DNA of 64,000 nucleotides from positions 41,237 to 105,236 of the forward strand of contig NIVC01000826.1 in NCBI GenBank assembly GCA_002269645.1, written 5' to 3'. Numbering within the stretch: position 1 is the stretch's first letter; every line of letters begins with the position of its first letter. Origin of the DNA: Macrostomum lignano. Its lineage: Eukaryota. The notes beneath the pieces were generated by a model. That model did not search any database and was not told the origin of the DNA. It was given only the letters and a program-made list of their open reading frames with translations. Both the position numbers and the translations under genes were made by a program. Below, one piece after another: positions 24,023-36,147 of this stretch.

Positions 24023-24710
24023 TGCAGCTGGTAGCGTTGAACGACAGCTCCAGCCTGCGCGCTCACTTCAGGTGCTGCCTGGGCCGGAGCCACTGCAGGA
24101 AGTGCCGCAATGCGAGTGTGGGTAAGTCATTCTGTTAGACAAATTAAGCGTTACACCTGAAAAGCTGTTACCTCTGTCACCTTGCAGACAACCGCCAGTG
24201 ACTGCTGGACAACCGTGCAGCACAGGGTGTCCGGCTCAGTGGACTTTTACCGCAACTGGACTCAGTACCAGAGCGAGTTTGGCGAGGGACCCGACGGAAA
24301 CTACTGGATCGGTGAGTGCATCCCAGATCTGCTCCATTCGCTTCTTTTCCAACTCGGACTTCAATGACAAACACCGCCATGACGTCCGCATCTTCCCAGG
24401 CCTGAACTCTCTCCACGCTCTCACTGCTTCTGGTCCTCGGAAGCTGAGGATCCTGATGAAGGCGTGGAACGACTCTGAGCACTGGGCCGAGTACTCCAGC
24501 TTCTCCGTGGGTCCCGAGTCGGACAACTACCGGCTGAGCGTGTCCGGCTTCTCCGGCAGCGCCGGCATCGGCGACTGTTGTCTAGTCGTCAGCAGTGGCA
24601 TGCAGTTCAGTACGAAGGACGCCGATCACGACACCAACTCTGGGAGCTGCGTGAACACTCATTCTGGCGCCTGGTGGTTTGGCAGCTGCTTCGGCACTCA
24701 CCCGAACGGA
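24023..24710 (+). pseudogene. FReD-4 pseudogene, inverted relative to FReD-3; lacks the 5' part of exon 1 and the last ~30 codons
   Basis: Exon-1 remnant ...HCRKCRN, exon 2 at 24188-24311 and exon 3 from 24400. Homology stops abruptly after THPNG. Confidence 0.85.
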
Positions 24711-26243
24711 CATCACAGAGATCTGCTACCATAGGCTCAGGTCATTATTAGGAGTCTTAAACTGGCTCTCAATACTCGCTGAGGAAGATTGCGATGCTGC
24801 CTCTGAAACTGGCAATGAGCTGACTAAAATATTTTGTTGTAAACCAAAAAGACTAAGTGTGATTATGTTGTAGGGCTGCGGGGCTCTTGGCTTTCTGTCT
24901 AAGAATCTCACTGCTGCAACCAATTTGCTACAAGGTTATCTTTTCGCCTGTGGTTTAATCACAGCACTGCTACCAAAATCTGTTATGGGGAATTAATGGG
25001 ATTCTTGGAATTTCTGAAAGATATGCTAGTTTTATTACTAATAGGAGTAAGCCAATGGTTGCTCCTGGTGGCGTGAGTGTCCGAGCGGCAAGACACTGTC
25101 TATCTATATTTACTGGAATTAGTCCGAGTGAGGGCACGCGGTGGATCAGAGTTGCCTGGGATAAACGCACTAATGGGGAATTTCAATACCTAATGGGTAA
25201 TTTCAGTATCTAATGGGGCATGTCAATATCTAATGGGGAATGCTGACATGGGATACGAAATGGGCCTGATAGGGAAAGAGAATATCTAAGACTTGGGGTA
25301 AGTCGCTAGATATGCGCTACGACTGGGCGGGGGGAAAAGGGAGAGGGAGGGAGGCCTGACTGTACGCTTGACTGGGGAAAGGACCAAGGAATGGAGAACT
25401 CAGTTCTTTCAACGAAGGGGGGGATAGAGAGGAGGTGTTCACCGGGAGGGGAGAAACGGTCGGGGCTTCTAAGGAATATGGGGTTATGGGGGAAAGAAAG
25501 GAGGACTGAAGGCTGACTCAATTCTATTTTTAGAACAAACTGTTCATACTCCAGACTTAGCTAGGAGCAATCGCCAAAAGGAAGAGGCACCAGAAGGATG
25601 CAGAAAAGAAGTGTATTTGCGCGTATATATACTAATTTTACTAAGTATGGCGGACAATTTTAAACAAAAATATATAAAAGAATTTATTAGCAGCAAAGTT
25701 ACAGTATAAAACCAGGTATTTATTTACGTATACTTACTTCCTGATAATGCTAAAATTAATAATGACAAAAACAATGAATTTACGTAAAAAACGAGAAAAG
25801 CTAATGTATTTAGGCAACTTGGTTACTAGTAAGGCAAAAATGAACGACAAAAATATCAGACTTGGTAAAAAAAGAGTTTACAAAAATAGCACTGGCACAA
25901 TTACAAGTTAAACTTTTTTACTGACAATTTACATAATCATGGTTTCAAATGCACTTTGCATTCTACAATATTGGAGAGTACTTTTCCTGAGTTTAAATCT
26001 GAATTATCCTCTCATTGAGACGGCAGAGCAGCTTAGCGGCAAACGCGTCTGACTCTCACGGCAAAGCACAGAGGGTGTCATGCGATTCACATCAAGGAGG
26101 GCCAGCCCCCGAGGCTCAGAGAGTGCACATGCCTGATGATTAGAAAATCGGGGCCGCTGTGTGTGTGAGTGCGGAATGGGGCCTCAACGCTAGGTTTTGG
26201 ATGATGTCACTGAAGTCGCTTCACACAGGTGGTTATAGCTGCG

Positions 26244-26257
26244 GTCGCCATGGCAAC
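26244..26257. promoter_or_regulatory. RFX X-box-like motif GTCGCCATGGCAAC within a segment triplicated upstream of FReD genes (variants at 23522-23535 and 28709-28722)
   Basis: Matches the RFX consensus GTNRCC(N0-3)RGYAAC. The homologous segments at about 23.5 and 28.7 kb carry 1-2 mismatch versions. Confidence 0.45.
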
Positions 26258-26644
26258 CGGACAATGTAGCTTTCTACAGGGGATATCTCTCTCAGAGGCA
26301 GTGAGCCTTGAAACTGACTGCAGCTCATTGATATCAGAGCGGCTGCGTCTTGGAAGCCGAATCCAGCTGATGGTGGCAGAGCTGCTGCATTTGCTGCGAG
26401 CGGCACCATGCCCTCCCGCTAGACTTTGCATGCGAACAGTTGCCCTGGCCCGAAGCTGCAACTGCTGCCCACATCGGACTCGGGCTGCAGCGGCGGGAGG
26501 CTGTGCCAGGCCTCGCTGTTGTCGCTCTTTGGAGGCGTCTCTGCGACTGCGCCAGGTCCCCGAAAAACCGCTGGGAGCGGCGGGCGTTGGGGCCGGCGGA
26601 CTCGAGTGCCTTGATTTGGAATTTTATGCCAGCAAACAGGTGGG

Positions 26645-26830
26645 CTGAGATTGGATTGGGGTGAGATTGGATTAGGGTGAGATTGGATTGTGGTGGGATT
26701 GGATTGGGGTGAGATGCGGTTGGGTGAGATTGAATTGGGGTATTATTGGACTGGGGTGAGATTGAATTGATCGGATTGGTTGGGGTTCGATTACATCCGG
26801 ATTGGGGTGGGATTAGAATCGTGTTGTGGA
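26645..26830 (+). repeat. Degenerate GATTGG/GGGTGA short-period repeat
   Basis: Repeated GATTGGATTGGGGTGA-like units. Confidence 0.75.
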
Positions 26831-27453
26831 TCAAGCTTGCAGGCTGATAGCAGCGGTTCTGCTTTATCTGAAACCAAGTGCACTTTTATTAGCAAAAGCC
26901 GGGACCTCTGAAGCAGACGAATATACCGGTACTGTGCATGAAAACGTAAAAAATACAAATTAAGCTTAAGCTTCAAATAAATAAGTTTGAAACTCAATGA
27001 TTACTTCTGTGACTAAGGCACCTCTGTGAGCAGATGTGACGAAATTAAACTTCTTAGTTTGATGCACGCAATAAAATTGCTCACGGGCAAAATCTTGAAG
27101 CCTCGGGCTGAGAGCGCCTGAGTGGAAAGAGAATTGGAACTTTTCGGTGAGTAGCTCTCTGTTTCCTGACAAGCCGATGCTTTCCCAAAATTTCGAATGC
27201 CATGCCGTGCAGTTTTTATTAAGGAAATGAAAGTCACAGTCCATCGCCACTGTATGCAGAGTGAATTTTTACCGTGTATTTCCACCATCAATTCCGAGCG
27301 CTTCATCTAACAGATTTCTTTGTGTTGCAATAAAATATTTCAGTTTGGATAAAATTTCGGAAATCTCAAAGTTGCTTCAAAACTGATTGAGCGCTCGATA
27401 TTGCAAGTTGCAGCAGCCATCTCCTATGCTCGTTTCCTATCACGCTGGTGCTA

Positions 27454-28502
27454 TTACAGAAGCAGCATCTCGATCTCCTTCAGTGAGTAGTAGAAACCAA
27501 AAGTTTTCCTCCAAATGACTCCCTTTGCAAAAGCACCTCCAATGGCAGCAGATGAGTCTTTGTACTCTCCGTTCGGGTGGGCGCAGTGACAGCTCCTAAA
27601 CCACCAGGCACCTTTATGAGTTGTTGCGCAGTTGTCAGTGCTGGTGTCGTGATCGGCGTCCTTCGTGCTGAACTGCATGCCGTTGTTATTGTCGAGGCAG
27701 TCGCCGATGCCGGCGCTGCCGGAGAAGCCGGACACGCTCAGCCGGTAGTTGTCCGACTCGGGACCCACGGAGAAGCTGGAGTACTCAGCCCAGTGCTCAG
27801 AGTCGTTCCACGCCTTCATCAGGATCCTCAGCTTCCGAGGCCCAGAAGCAGTGAGAGCGTGGAGAGAGTTCAGGCCTGGGAAGATGCGGACGTCATGGCG
27901 GTGTTTGTCATTGAAGTCCGAGTTGGAAAAGGAAGCGAATGGAGCAGATCTGGGATGCACTCACCGATCCAGTAGTTTCCGTCGGGTCCCTCGCCGAACT
28001 CGCTCTGGTACTGAGTCCAGTTGCGGTAAAAGTCCACTGAGCCGGACACCCTGTGCTGCACGGTGGTCCAGCAGTCACTGCCGGCTGTCTGCAAGGTGAC
28101 ACACAGGTGTGTCAGCTTTTCTACTCTGTGTTAAAAGGCTAGCGTGATGCTGACATATCCAACAGAGTGACTCACCCACAGTCGCTGAGCTCCCTTGTTC
28201 GCATTTCGGCACTTCCTGCAGTGGCTCAGGCCCAGGCGACACCTGAAGTGAGCGCACTGACCGGAGCTGGCGTTGAACGCCACCAGCTGCACAGCGGAGT
28301 CGCTGTTGGCAGGGACAATGCATTCGGGCTCATTCTGGACCGAGTGCGACCTCACGGCCTCGTAGTCGGAGAGGCTCTCGAGACTCGACCACCACAGTCG
28401 TCCAGAAGAGAAGGCGGCAGCGGCTTCGGTTACGTGACGTGGGACTGCAGCGAGCAGCAGCAGCAGCAGCAGAGCCACTTGACGACCGGGTTGGAGCTGC
28501 AT
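27454..28502 (-). CDS. Secreted FReD-5, about 290 aa; exons 28502-28176, 28088-27965, 27875-27454
   Basis: Same exon structure as FReD-3. P-domain [35 protein letters not shown]...[11 protein letters not shown]. Confidence 0.92.
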
Positions 28503-29449
28503 TTGCTCTGAATGTGGAGTAGTGGGTGAAAGCTGTCACCTTACTGCGGATTTCGCCTGCTGGTGAAATGCCCCGTGCTCAACAGACTCACCAGTTTAGC
28601 TGACTTTTCTGTAATTCCTTTAAATAAAAAAATTCAGTACGCACTCACAGCAGGCAGACGCTGCAAGCCAATATGAAAGCCCCGAGTCAAAAATATGCAA
28701 CAGCTGAGATCGCCATGGCAACCAGGCAGCTCTAGCTTTCAACAGAGGCTGTGAGGATGGTCTTGCAGCTGACTGCAGCTCATTAATTTCTGTGCCAGAA
28801 GGCGCTGGAGCCGGCCGGTTTGAATGGCGGAGGCGCAGCTGATGAAGGCAGGTGGCAGAGCCGCTTCTTTTGCAGCTCAGCTTATTGCGGACCCCCCCCC
28901 ACCTTCCTTTCTGCCGGACGGCGCATGCGGGCTGTGAGAACGCAGCTCAGGTAATACAATTGTACCTTGAAAACTGGAACCAACTTTTAGGCTTGAGTGC
29001 CCATTTTGCGACTGTTCTCGTCTTCCCATGCTGAAGTAGTCTAAGATGGTCATGAAATGGTAATGAGCCACCAGTTTAGCCTGCTGTGAGTCTTACTTAC
29101 ATTCAACTGCCTCCTGTCTCCACACTTCAGTGATAGAAAAAAGGAAGGCCCCATACGGAAGAAAAGGAGAAAGAAAGGTAGCTACGGGCTTGGCCTACAG
29201 ACCGGGCTGGCCCTACAAGACACGAAAGAAGCTGGTCTGGAGAATGCAAACAGAAGAGAAGCAAAGTTTGAGGATGGGAAAAGCGTATTTAGAGCTTTCT
29301 GGATTGGACGTTCTACTGCTCAATTATATCCCCATCAACGAACCGAGTTATGGAGCTACCGTAAGTAGTAAGATTTGGTCGAGAGAGCTAATCACAGACA
29401 GTGAAGTGAGAGCTCTCATCCGCCATTCGATAGCCCGTATTAAGCTGAG

Positions 29450-29935
29450 ATGCAGCTCCAACTCGCTAGTCAAGCCGCTTTGCTGCTGCTCGCGGCTATA
29501 CGGCAACAAGTGACCCCACTGTGCAGCTGGTGACGTTCCAGCTCCGGCCTGCGCGCTCACTTCAGGTGTCGCCTGGGCCTGAGCCACTGCAGGAAGTGCC
29601 GCAATGCGAACAAGGGAGCTCAGCGAGTGTGGGTGATTCACTCAGTCAGATGTGTCAGCATCACAGCCACGCTTTAACGCAGAACAGAAAAGCTGGCACA
29701 CCTGTTGTGTCACCTTGCAGACAGCCCACAGTGACTGCTGGACCACCGTGCAGCACAGGGTGTCCGGCTCAGTGGACTTTTACCGCATCTGTACTTAGTA
29801 CAGGACTGAGAGCTCCAGCTTTTCTGTGGGTCTGTGAGTCCGACAAATACCGGCTGACCGTGCCCGGCTTCTCTTTCAGCGCCGGCACCGGCGACTGTCT
29901 TTCTGTTAACAATGATATGCAGTTCAGTGCGAACT
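29450..29935 (+). pseudogene. FReD-6 pseudogene, head-to-head with FReD-5; internal deletions in exon 1 and across exon 2/exon 3
   Basis: ATG CAG CTC CAA at 29450 is homologous to the FReD-3/5 start. Exon-1 3' part is present. Exon 2 is fused out of frame to mid-exon 3 (GAGTCCGACAAATACCGGCTG). Confidence 0.8.
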
Positions 29936-30074
29936 GCAGGTGTTCTCAGTACAGAAGCCAACGAGAATAATTAGCAAAGGAACGATTCTCTATCGCCCCA
30001 ATACTAACAGCCTCTCTCATGAGCTTGTAGCGTACGCCACCACTCAAGCATTTTGCTCCCTAATAGTCTCTCCC

Positions 30075-30849
30075 CAAGGACTACTCAAGTAACATATATA
30101 TAGGACGCAACACTCGAAATCTATGGTAAATGTAATGAAGGCCACTTTTCGCCGAAAAATACACTACAGAGATAGGAGGTTTTAATTTTTCAGCACAAAA
30201 ATTGTTATTGCTTTTGATAAGAGGCAGATCCAGTGCTCATCTTTTGATATGTTGTGCCTTTCTTATTGTTCTATCGATATTCATAAAGCTTTTTGTTCAG
30301 AAATAGTTTTAAAGGCAGGTTTCACTGGAATAATACACTACGGAGATAAGGAATTTAACGATTCTCAACACTAAAACAGTGATTGGGTCTCTTAACAGTG
30401 TCAGAGAAAGTTCTCTGACATGGAAAAATGGTCTTATTGGAAAAAACGTTTAAAATAATGACAAGGTCAATTTAACATGAAAAAATCGATTAATGCGTCG
30501 TTAGAGCAGCATGTGAGGCACAAAATAGTGTGAATAGAACTTTCTCTGACACTGTTAAGAGACCCAGACACTGTTTTAGTGTTGAAAATCGTGAAATTTC
30601 CTATCTCCGTAGTGTATTTTTCAGGCGAAACCTGCCTTTAAAACGAAAAGCTTTATGAATATCGATAGAGCAATAAGAAAGGCACAGCATATCAAAAGAT
30701 GAGCACTGGATCTGCCTCCTATCAAAAGCAATAACAATTTTTGTGCTGAAAAAAACCTATCTCTGTAGTGTATTTTTCGGCGAAAAGTTGCCTTCAAAAC
30801 ATTTACCATAGATTTCGAGTGTTGCGTCCTTCTACTTTAGTTGTCCCTG
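30075..30849. mobile_element. Foldback/MITE-like element with about 310-bp inverted arms; related fragments near 17990-18110, 20340-20470 and 21340-21410
   Basis: Left GGACGCAACACTCGAAATCTATGGTAAATG...AGAAAGTTCT is the reverse complement of right AGAACTTTCT...CATTTACCATAGATTTCGAGTGTTGCGTCC. Flanks CTCTCCC / TTCTCCC may be a degenerate TSD. Confidence 0.8.
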
Positions 30850-31295
30850 TTCTCCCTGTGTGTTTCTAGAGCTTTCATTCCAATAATTAAGCCCTGTGCT
30901 CGACACTTAGAGCCTTAGATAGAACAAAGTTCTGATCAAACTCGTAGGCCACTTGTCTCCAGACACTTTCTCCCTGGGCGGATACTTAGCACCTTATACA
31001 TACTTAGTATAATTATACAAATCAAAATTGATTCTCTTTCCAAAGAGCTTAAAACAGTTATATAAGGTTTTGGCTGCGAGACAGATGTAACGCCTGACTT
31101 CAAGCCAATCGAAGATTTTGTAGCTCGGCTGCTGCATTAAGTGATATAGTGACTAAAGGTCATAAATAAAGCTGAGACAGTATGTGTGATTTGTCCTCTG
31201 TGACATGTACCACAGTTTCAATCGTACTTTTTCGTACCTGTGTTTATTTTTTCATGCCAAACCAGTGAAAATTGTGATAGAACTACTGAACTCAC

Positions 31296-31692
31296 CTGCA
31301 CGAAGGTAGACCTGCCGGTACACAGAGATTCGCCAGAACCCCCCGCAGACTTGGGCAGAGTTGCCGGCGCAGTTCATGTTGCAGTCGCTGTCGGCAGCCT
31401 GGCCGAGGGTGCCATACGAGTCTCTGCAGAAGCATTGAGTTGAGTGCTGAATGCCAAAGTACTCGAAGTTTCCATAGGCGCAGATCTCGCTGCACAGTTC
31501 CAAGGTCATGTTGCCGAGGAGGACGAATGACTCGGACACCGAGTAGGGCCCGATGGTGGACCTGCCGTCGAGTCCGGCCAGGTCTCGAGTTTCCCCGTCC
31601 ACGAAGCAGCCCACCGGGCCGAATTCGGCGCCCAGCGAGCTGCCAAAAGCGACGCAGCAGCACAGAAGCGGCAGAATTGATGAGGCCTGCAT
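31296..31692 (-). CDS. Secreted single WSC-domain protein WSC-1 (main exon; possible short terminal exon near 31197-31160)
   Basis: Signal MQASSILPLLCCCVAFG. WSC pattern VGCFVD...MTLELCSEIC...YFGIQHSTQCFC...CNMNCAGNSAQVCGGFWRISVY. Donor GCAG|GTGAGT at 31295. Confidence 0.85.
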
Positions 31693-34600
31693 TGTCAGCG
31701 GCTGTGCAGATGAGGCTTGTGGCTTTTGTCTCTTGCTTGGGCTGTCGGCTTTATGAATTTTCCCAAATCATCGGTTGGGGTGGCGTGTTCGGCATCGGGA
31801 TGCTCAATTTTTTTAAATTGTTAAAATTGTGTCGCCAACGCAACACTGTAAACTGTTTACTGGGGGGCGGCTGTCAGACTCTGCGCTGCATCACTGCTCC
31901 CAGCGCCTGCTTCTCCCACATCGTACGAGGCATCCCAGTGTGGCGTTCGATTTAATTTTCAGGCAGCTGTGCATGACTTTTCATCCTTATTGGTGCCAAA
32001 TAGAAGCCTTCCATTGTTCCTTTCGACTTGTCTCGAATAATAGTTTTTCTGCTGCTTTTGATAGCACAAGCAAGCACTTTTCCGATTCTCAGTCTATTTT
32101 TTCCGGCGTGATTCGAAGAAATATATAGACGAAAGCCTGTAATTCTATGAAAATGATTCCTACTATTTCAATTAATTCAATCAAATATTAAAAATCAAAT
32201 CCTAGTATCATTTCAATTGATTTGTTTGAGATCAGTTTTGAATTTGTTTGAATGAGTCATGTTTCGACTTTACTTTTCTAATTTACGTCACTTCGACATT
32301 GAAACGTTCCAGTGAATTTGTACCATGTTGGGGTGGCGGGCTCGGCAATGGGGATGCTCAGTAGTTTATTTAGCATTCTTATCTAGAAGTGTGTTGCCAA
32401 AGCGACACTGTAAACTGTTTACTGGGGGCGGCCTGCAGAATCTGAGCTGCATCACTGCTCCCACCAGCGCCTGCTTCTGCCACATCGTACGAGGCATCCC
32501 AGTGTGACGTTCGATTTTATTTTTTGATACTCGTAGTTGTGCATGAATTTTCATTTTTTTATTTCAAAGCGAAGACTTCCATTGTTTTTTCCCGAGTCTC
32601 AAATATCTGTTTTTTTCTGCTGTTTTCGATAGCACACGCATGTACGCTTTCGATTCTCGATTCGATTTGTTTTCCTTTGGATTTGATTCATGGACTAAAC
32701 TCTGCATTCTATTGGGAGTATTCAGTGGAATAGGTTTGCAGGACCCTGCCGATTTTTCCCATTTTTCTTGGGAAAATGATATCCCATTTTTTGCTCTCTT
32801 GCAATCTTTGGAAGAGCAACTTGGGAGCTTTCTGACTTACTAAAAGGGCTGGTCGAATAAACGGGCCCGGCTCGGTACGCTTTCTTCAAATCGATCTTAG
32901 CTTTGAAATAAAGTTGCTAATCGTCCAAAACTCGATCTGCTAAGTAACAGTGATGTGTGAATTCCCGCTGTTGCCTGAGTGCTACAGTTGTGAATGAGCC
33001 GAACCATGTCATCCGTCTTCTGGAAGTCACTTTCGTGTGTCTCTCCGTGACGCGGAAGCAGTGGCACAACTCGATCTCGCGTTCGAGCTGCTTCTCGACC
33101 TTACTCTCGTTTATTTGTAACTCCGTGTTTATCAGAGTTCGAGAATTGTGACTCATGCAAAGTCAACTGGAGTCCGTCACCCCGTCACCCCGCTGCCCTC
33201 TAGTTTTTGTTGTAGTTATCCCGCCGGTTCCATGGCGGGCCTCCGTGTGGTTCCTTGGTTGCCCCTTTAAATTCGTTAGTCAAACGTCTTTAAACAAGCA
33301 AAGGCCATTGTTTCTCTCGCTCTGTCTCGAATATCTGTTGTTTCTTAGACTGCTTTTGATAGCACAAGCATGCACGCTTTCGATTCTCAATCTATTCTTT
33401 CTGTCATGATTAGAAAGCAGAAAAATCTAAAAAAACAGAAAACAGAATCATCTATGAATGAAAAACATAGAAAAGTGAGAATGATTTGCATTGTTTAAGG
33501 AAGATTAGGATAATAAAAGCAAAATTTGCTTCCCTTTCAAACATTGCTATCTAACTTTGCTTCTCACTTTCTTTAATTACGAGCTACATCATGTTGGCTT
33601 ATTAGACTTAAAAAATTACTAACTGTTGTCTGCAAGGAGGCGCTATTGAACCGGAAGTGTCCCAGCGTTTGGCAAGCTGTCGTCTGAGAACAGATGAAAG
33701 GCGCTCAGGAAGCCAAAGCCTGTCCGCTGTCCTGTCCAAAAGAGTCGTTGCACACAACTCTCAGGTCACTACGAGCTCTTGTGACTCTGGGACGACTCTT
33801 GTGACTTTTTAACGACTCAGACGCGTCTAATACGGCGGAGAGATGACTGTTGCACAACAATCGCCTCACGTTTAATACAGCTAATGAGCTAGAATCGTAA
33901 AAAAATCGCGAAAAGTCGTTCAAGAATCGTTGTTTAAATTTCTACTTAACTCAATAGGCTCATTAGGCTATTTAGAGTGAAATTAGAATGCCAATCAAAT
34001 AACGAACTCACACACATATGAACCAAACTCTTTGGTTCCTACATGTGTGACTTTGCAAAGCTCGGCAAATTCAATTTATTAAATAGACTTCACGGTAGAC
34101 TTTCCTCCCTAGATACAGTAGAATTGGCGGCAACTTCGACATTAAATAGCTCTCCGAAACAAATCAATGCTGAAAAGCAATTTTTACTTCGTTTTGCCAT
34201 TGGAGGATTCTTCAATGTGCAAGGATGCGCGGTGGGGAACAGTGGAGAAAGGGTCTGTCAACTTAAGCTCATAAAGTGGAGCCCGGGTAACCTATGTACA
34301 CAAATGATGCGTCATTCTGCTCACAGTGACACCAGAAAGCTGGGTTGGCAAAAAGCGAAAAATATTGGACTTGAGAGAACAATCAAGGAGATAATTTGGG
34401 AATTATTATGTCAAATTAAGCTCATAAAGTAGAGTTTTTAATTATCCCCTTGCTTGTTCTCCCTTATCTCAAGTCCAATTTTCGACGTTCTCGTAGGGGT
34501 TGCCGAACAAGGCGAACTTGTGAGACAAGGGCGATCGCGAGAGCTGCAGAGGTGGAGGAAAATGAGGGGGAGGCTTCTTGGTTCTACAAGGCTTTCTGAG

Positions 34601-35307
34601 CGGGATGCAAACTTGAGGTGACGCACAAGCAGTGTTATTGAGCGGCGCACCAGCCGCGGCGAGTTTTGCTGCACCGATAGAACTTCTTCGATTTTTTTAA
34701 ATTTTAAATTAAAATTTTTACATACCAACCAAGAATAAGTTAATAAAACTTGTCTTGTAGCGACAACAATTTTTTCATTAATTTTTTTAATTGAATTCCT
34801 CCATTGAGTCGGAGAGTTACAAGCAGTTTTTGCTATCACAACAAAATTCCTAAAGTTAAAAAGAAAACTTTTTCTCGAAGACTATAAAATTAAATGCTCG
34901 ATCGAGATCGACTATTCGAAAGCTGAGTGTCAGATAGCTTAGTTATACGTATGGCATTGGCCATTTTATAGTTCACTCAGTTAGATTATTATTATTTGTT
35001 ATTTGAGTTTTAGTTCTAGTGCACCCTTGCCACCCCAGCGTCGGGGGCTGGTGTTATCTAATTCACTTTCTTCTCTCTCTTTGTTGGCCAGCGCGGCACC
35101 CACCCCTAATCTCAATCTAGTAATTTATGCTGGCTAAGTGAATTCAATTTAATAAATACTGCGACACCGCGCATAAGATTTCGCGTGTGTTTTTCCACTT
35201 CCAATTTGCAAATACTCGTCTCGTTTGCGCACTCGGCTCATAATTTCACACTGAGCGATCTCTCAAAAATTGAACCTTTGCTACTGAAAAGGCGCACAAC
35301 CTGCAAC

Positions 35308-35813
35308 ATGTCTCTGGCTCGACTGGCTCTACACCTAGCTGTGCTGAGTGTCGCTCTGGCTGCCTTCTGCGGCGCGGCAACCATAAAACGGAGCACCGGT
35401 AATAGTATTCTTTCTTACTGTGTCCTGACTCCCGTGCCGTAGTATTCTTTGCTGTGTCCTGACTCCCGTGCCGTGATTTCTCAAACGTTCGATTGTTCGA
35501 TTTTACAGCCCCAAAACGAATCGGCTGTTTTGCGGACAGAATTGAAAGAGATCTTGACGGATACGAACTGAGATCAGCGGGTATACATGTAAAAAACTGC
35601 TTGAGACTCTGCACAATAAAAAAGTTCCGGTATGCAGGGATGCAGGCGAGGGACTGGTGTCATTGTGGCAACTCATATGGTCGCTATGGCCAAGTTGCCG
35701 ACTCCGAGTGCAAACTAAAGTGTTCTGGAAACATCTGGAAGGACAACTACTGGGTTTCTGGGGGGACTTGCGGAGGACATTGGAGAAACGAAGTCTACAG
35801 TACAGGCCTATGA
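35308..35813 (+). CDS. Secreted cationic single WSC-domain protein WSC-2, about 131 aa; exons 35308-35398, 35509-35813
   Basis: Signal MSLARLALHLAVLSVALAAFCGA. WSC pattern IGCFAD...CLRLC...YAGMQARDWCHCGNSYG...CKLKCSGN...CGGHWRNEVY. Phase-1 GT-AG intron. Confidence 0.88.
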
Positions 35814-35869
35814 GCTGTGAGCCAAGTTGATGCTGCGCTGCTTTGTGGCAACAGTCCATCTCTGCCTGC

Positions 35870-36147
35870 CTGCATGTCAGTCTGTCTGCCATCAATACTA
35901 GCTTGCATGTCAGTCTGTCTGCCATCAATACTAGCTTGCATGTCAGTCTGTCTGCCATCAATACTAGCTTGCATGTCAGTCTGTCTGCCATCAATACTAG
36001 CTTGCATGTCAGTCTGTCTGCCATCAATACTAGCTTGCATGTCAGTCTGTCTGCCATCAATACTAGCTTGCATGTCAGTCTGTCTGCCATCAATACTAGC
36101 TTGCATGTCAGTCTGTCTGCCATCAATACTAGCTTGCATGTCAGTCT
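35870..36147 (+). repeat. 33-bp minisatellite (GCATGTCAGTCTGTCTGCCATCAATACTAGCTT), about 8 copies
   Basis: Tandem copies ending at the AGTCT target duplication of the Gypsy element. Confidence 0.95.
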
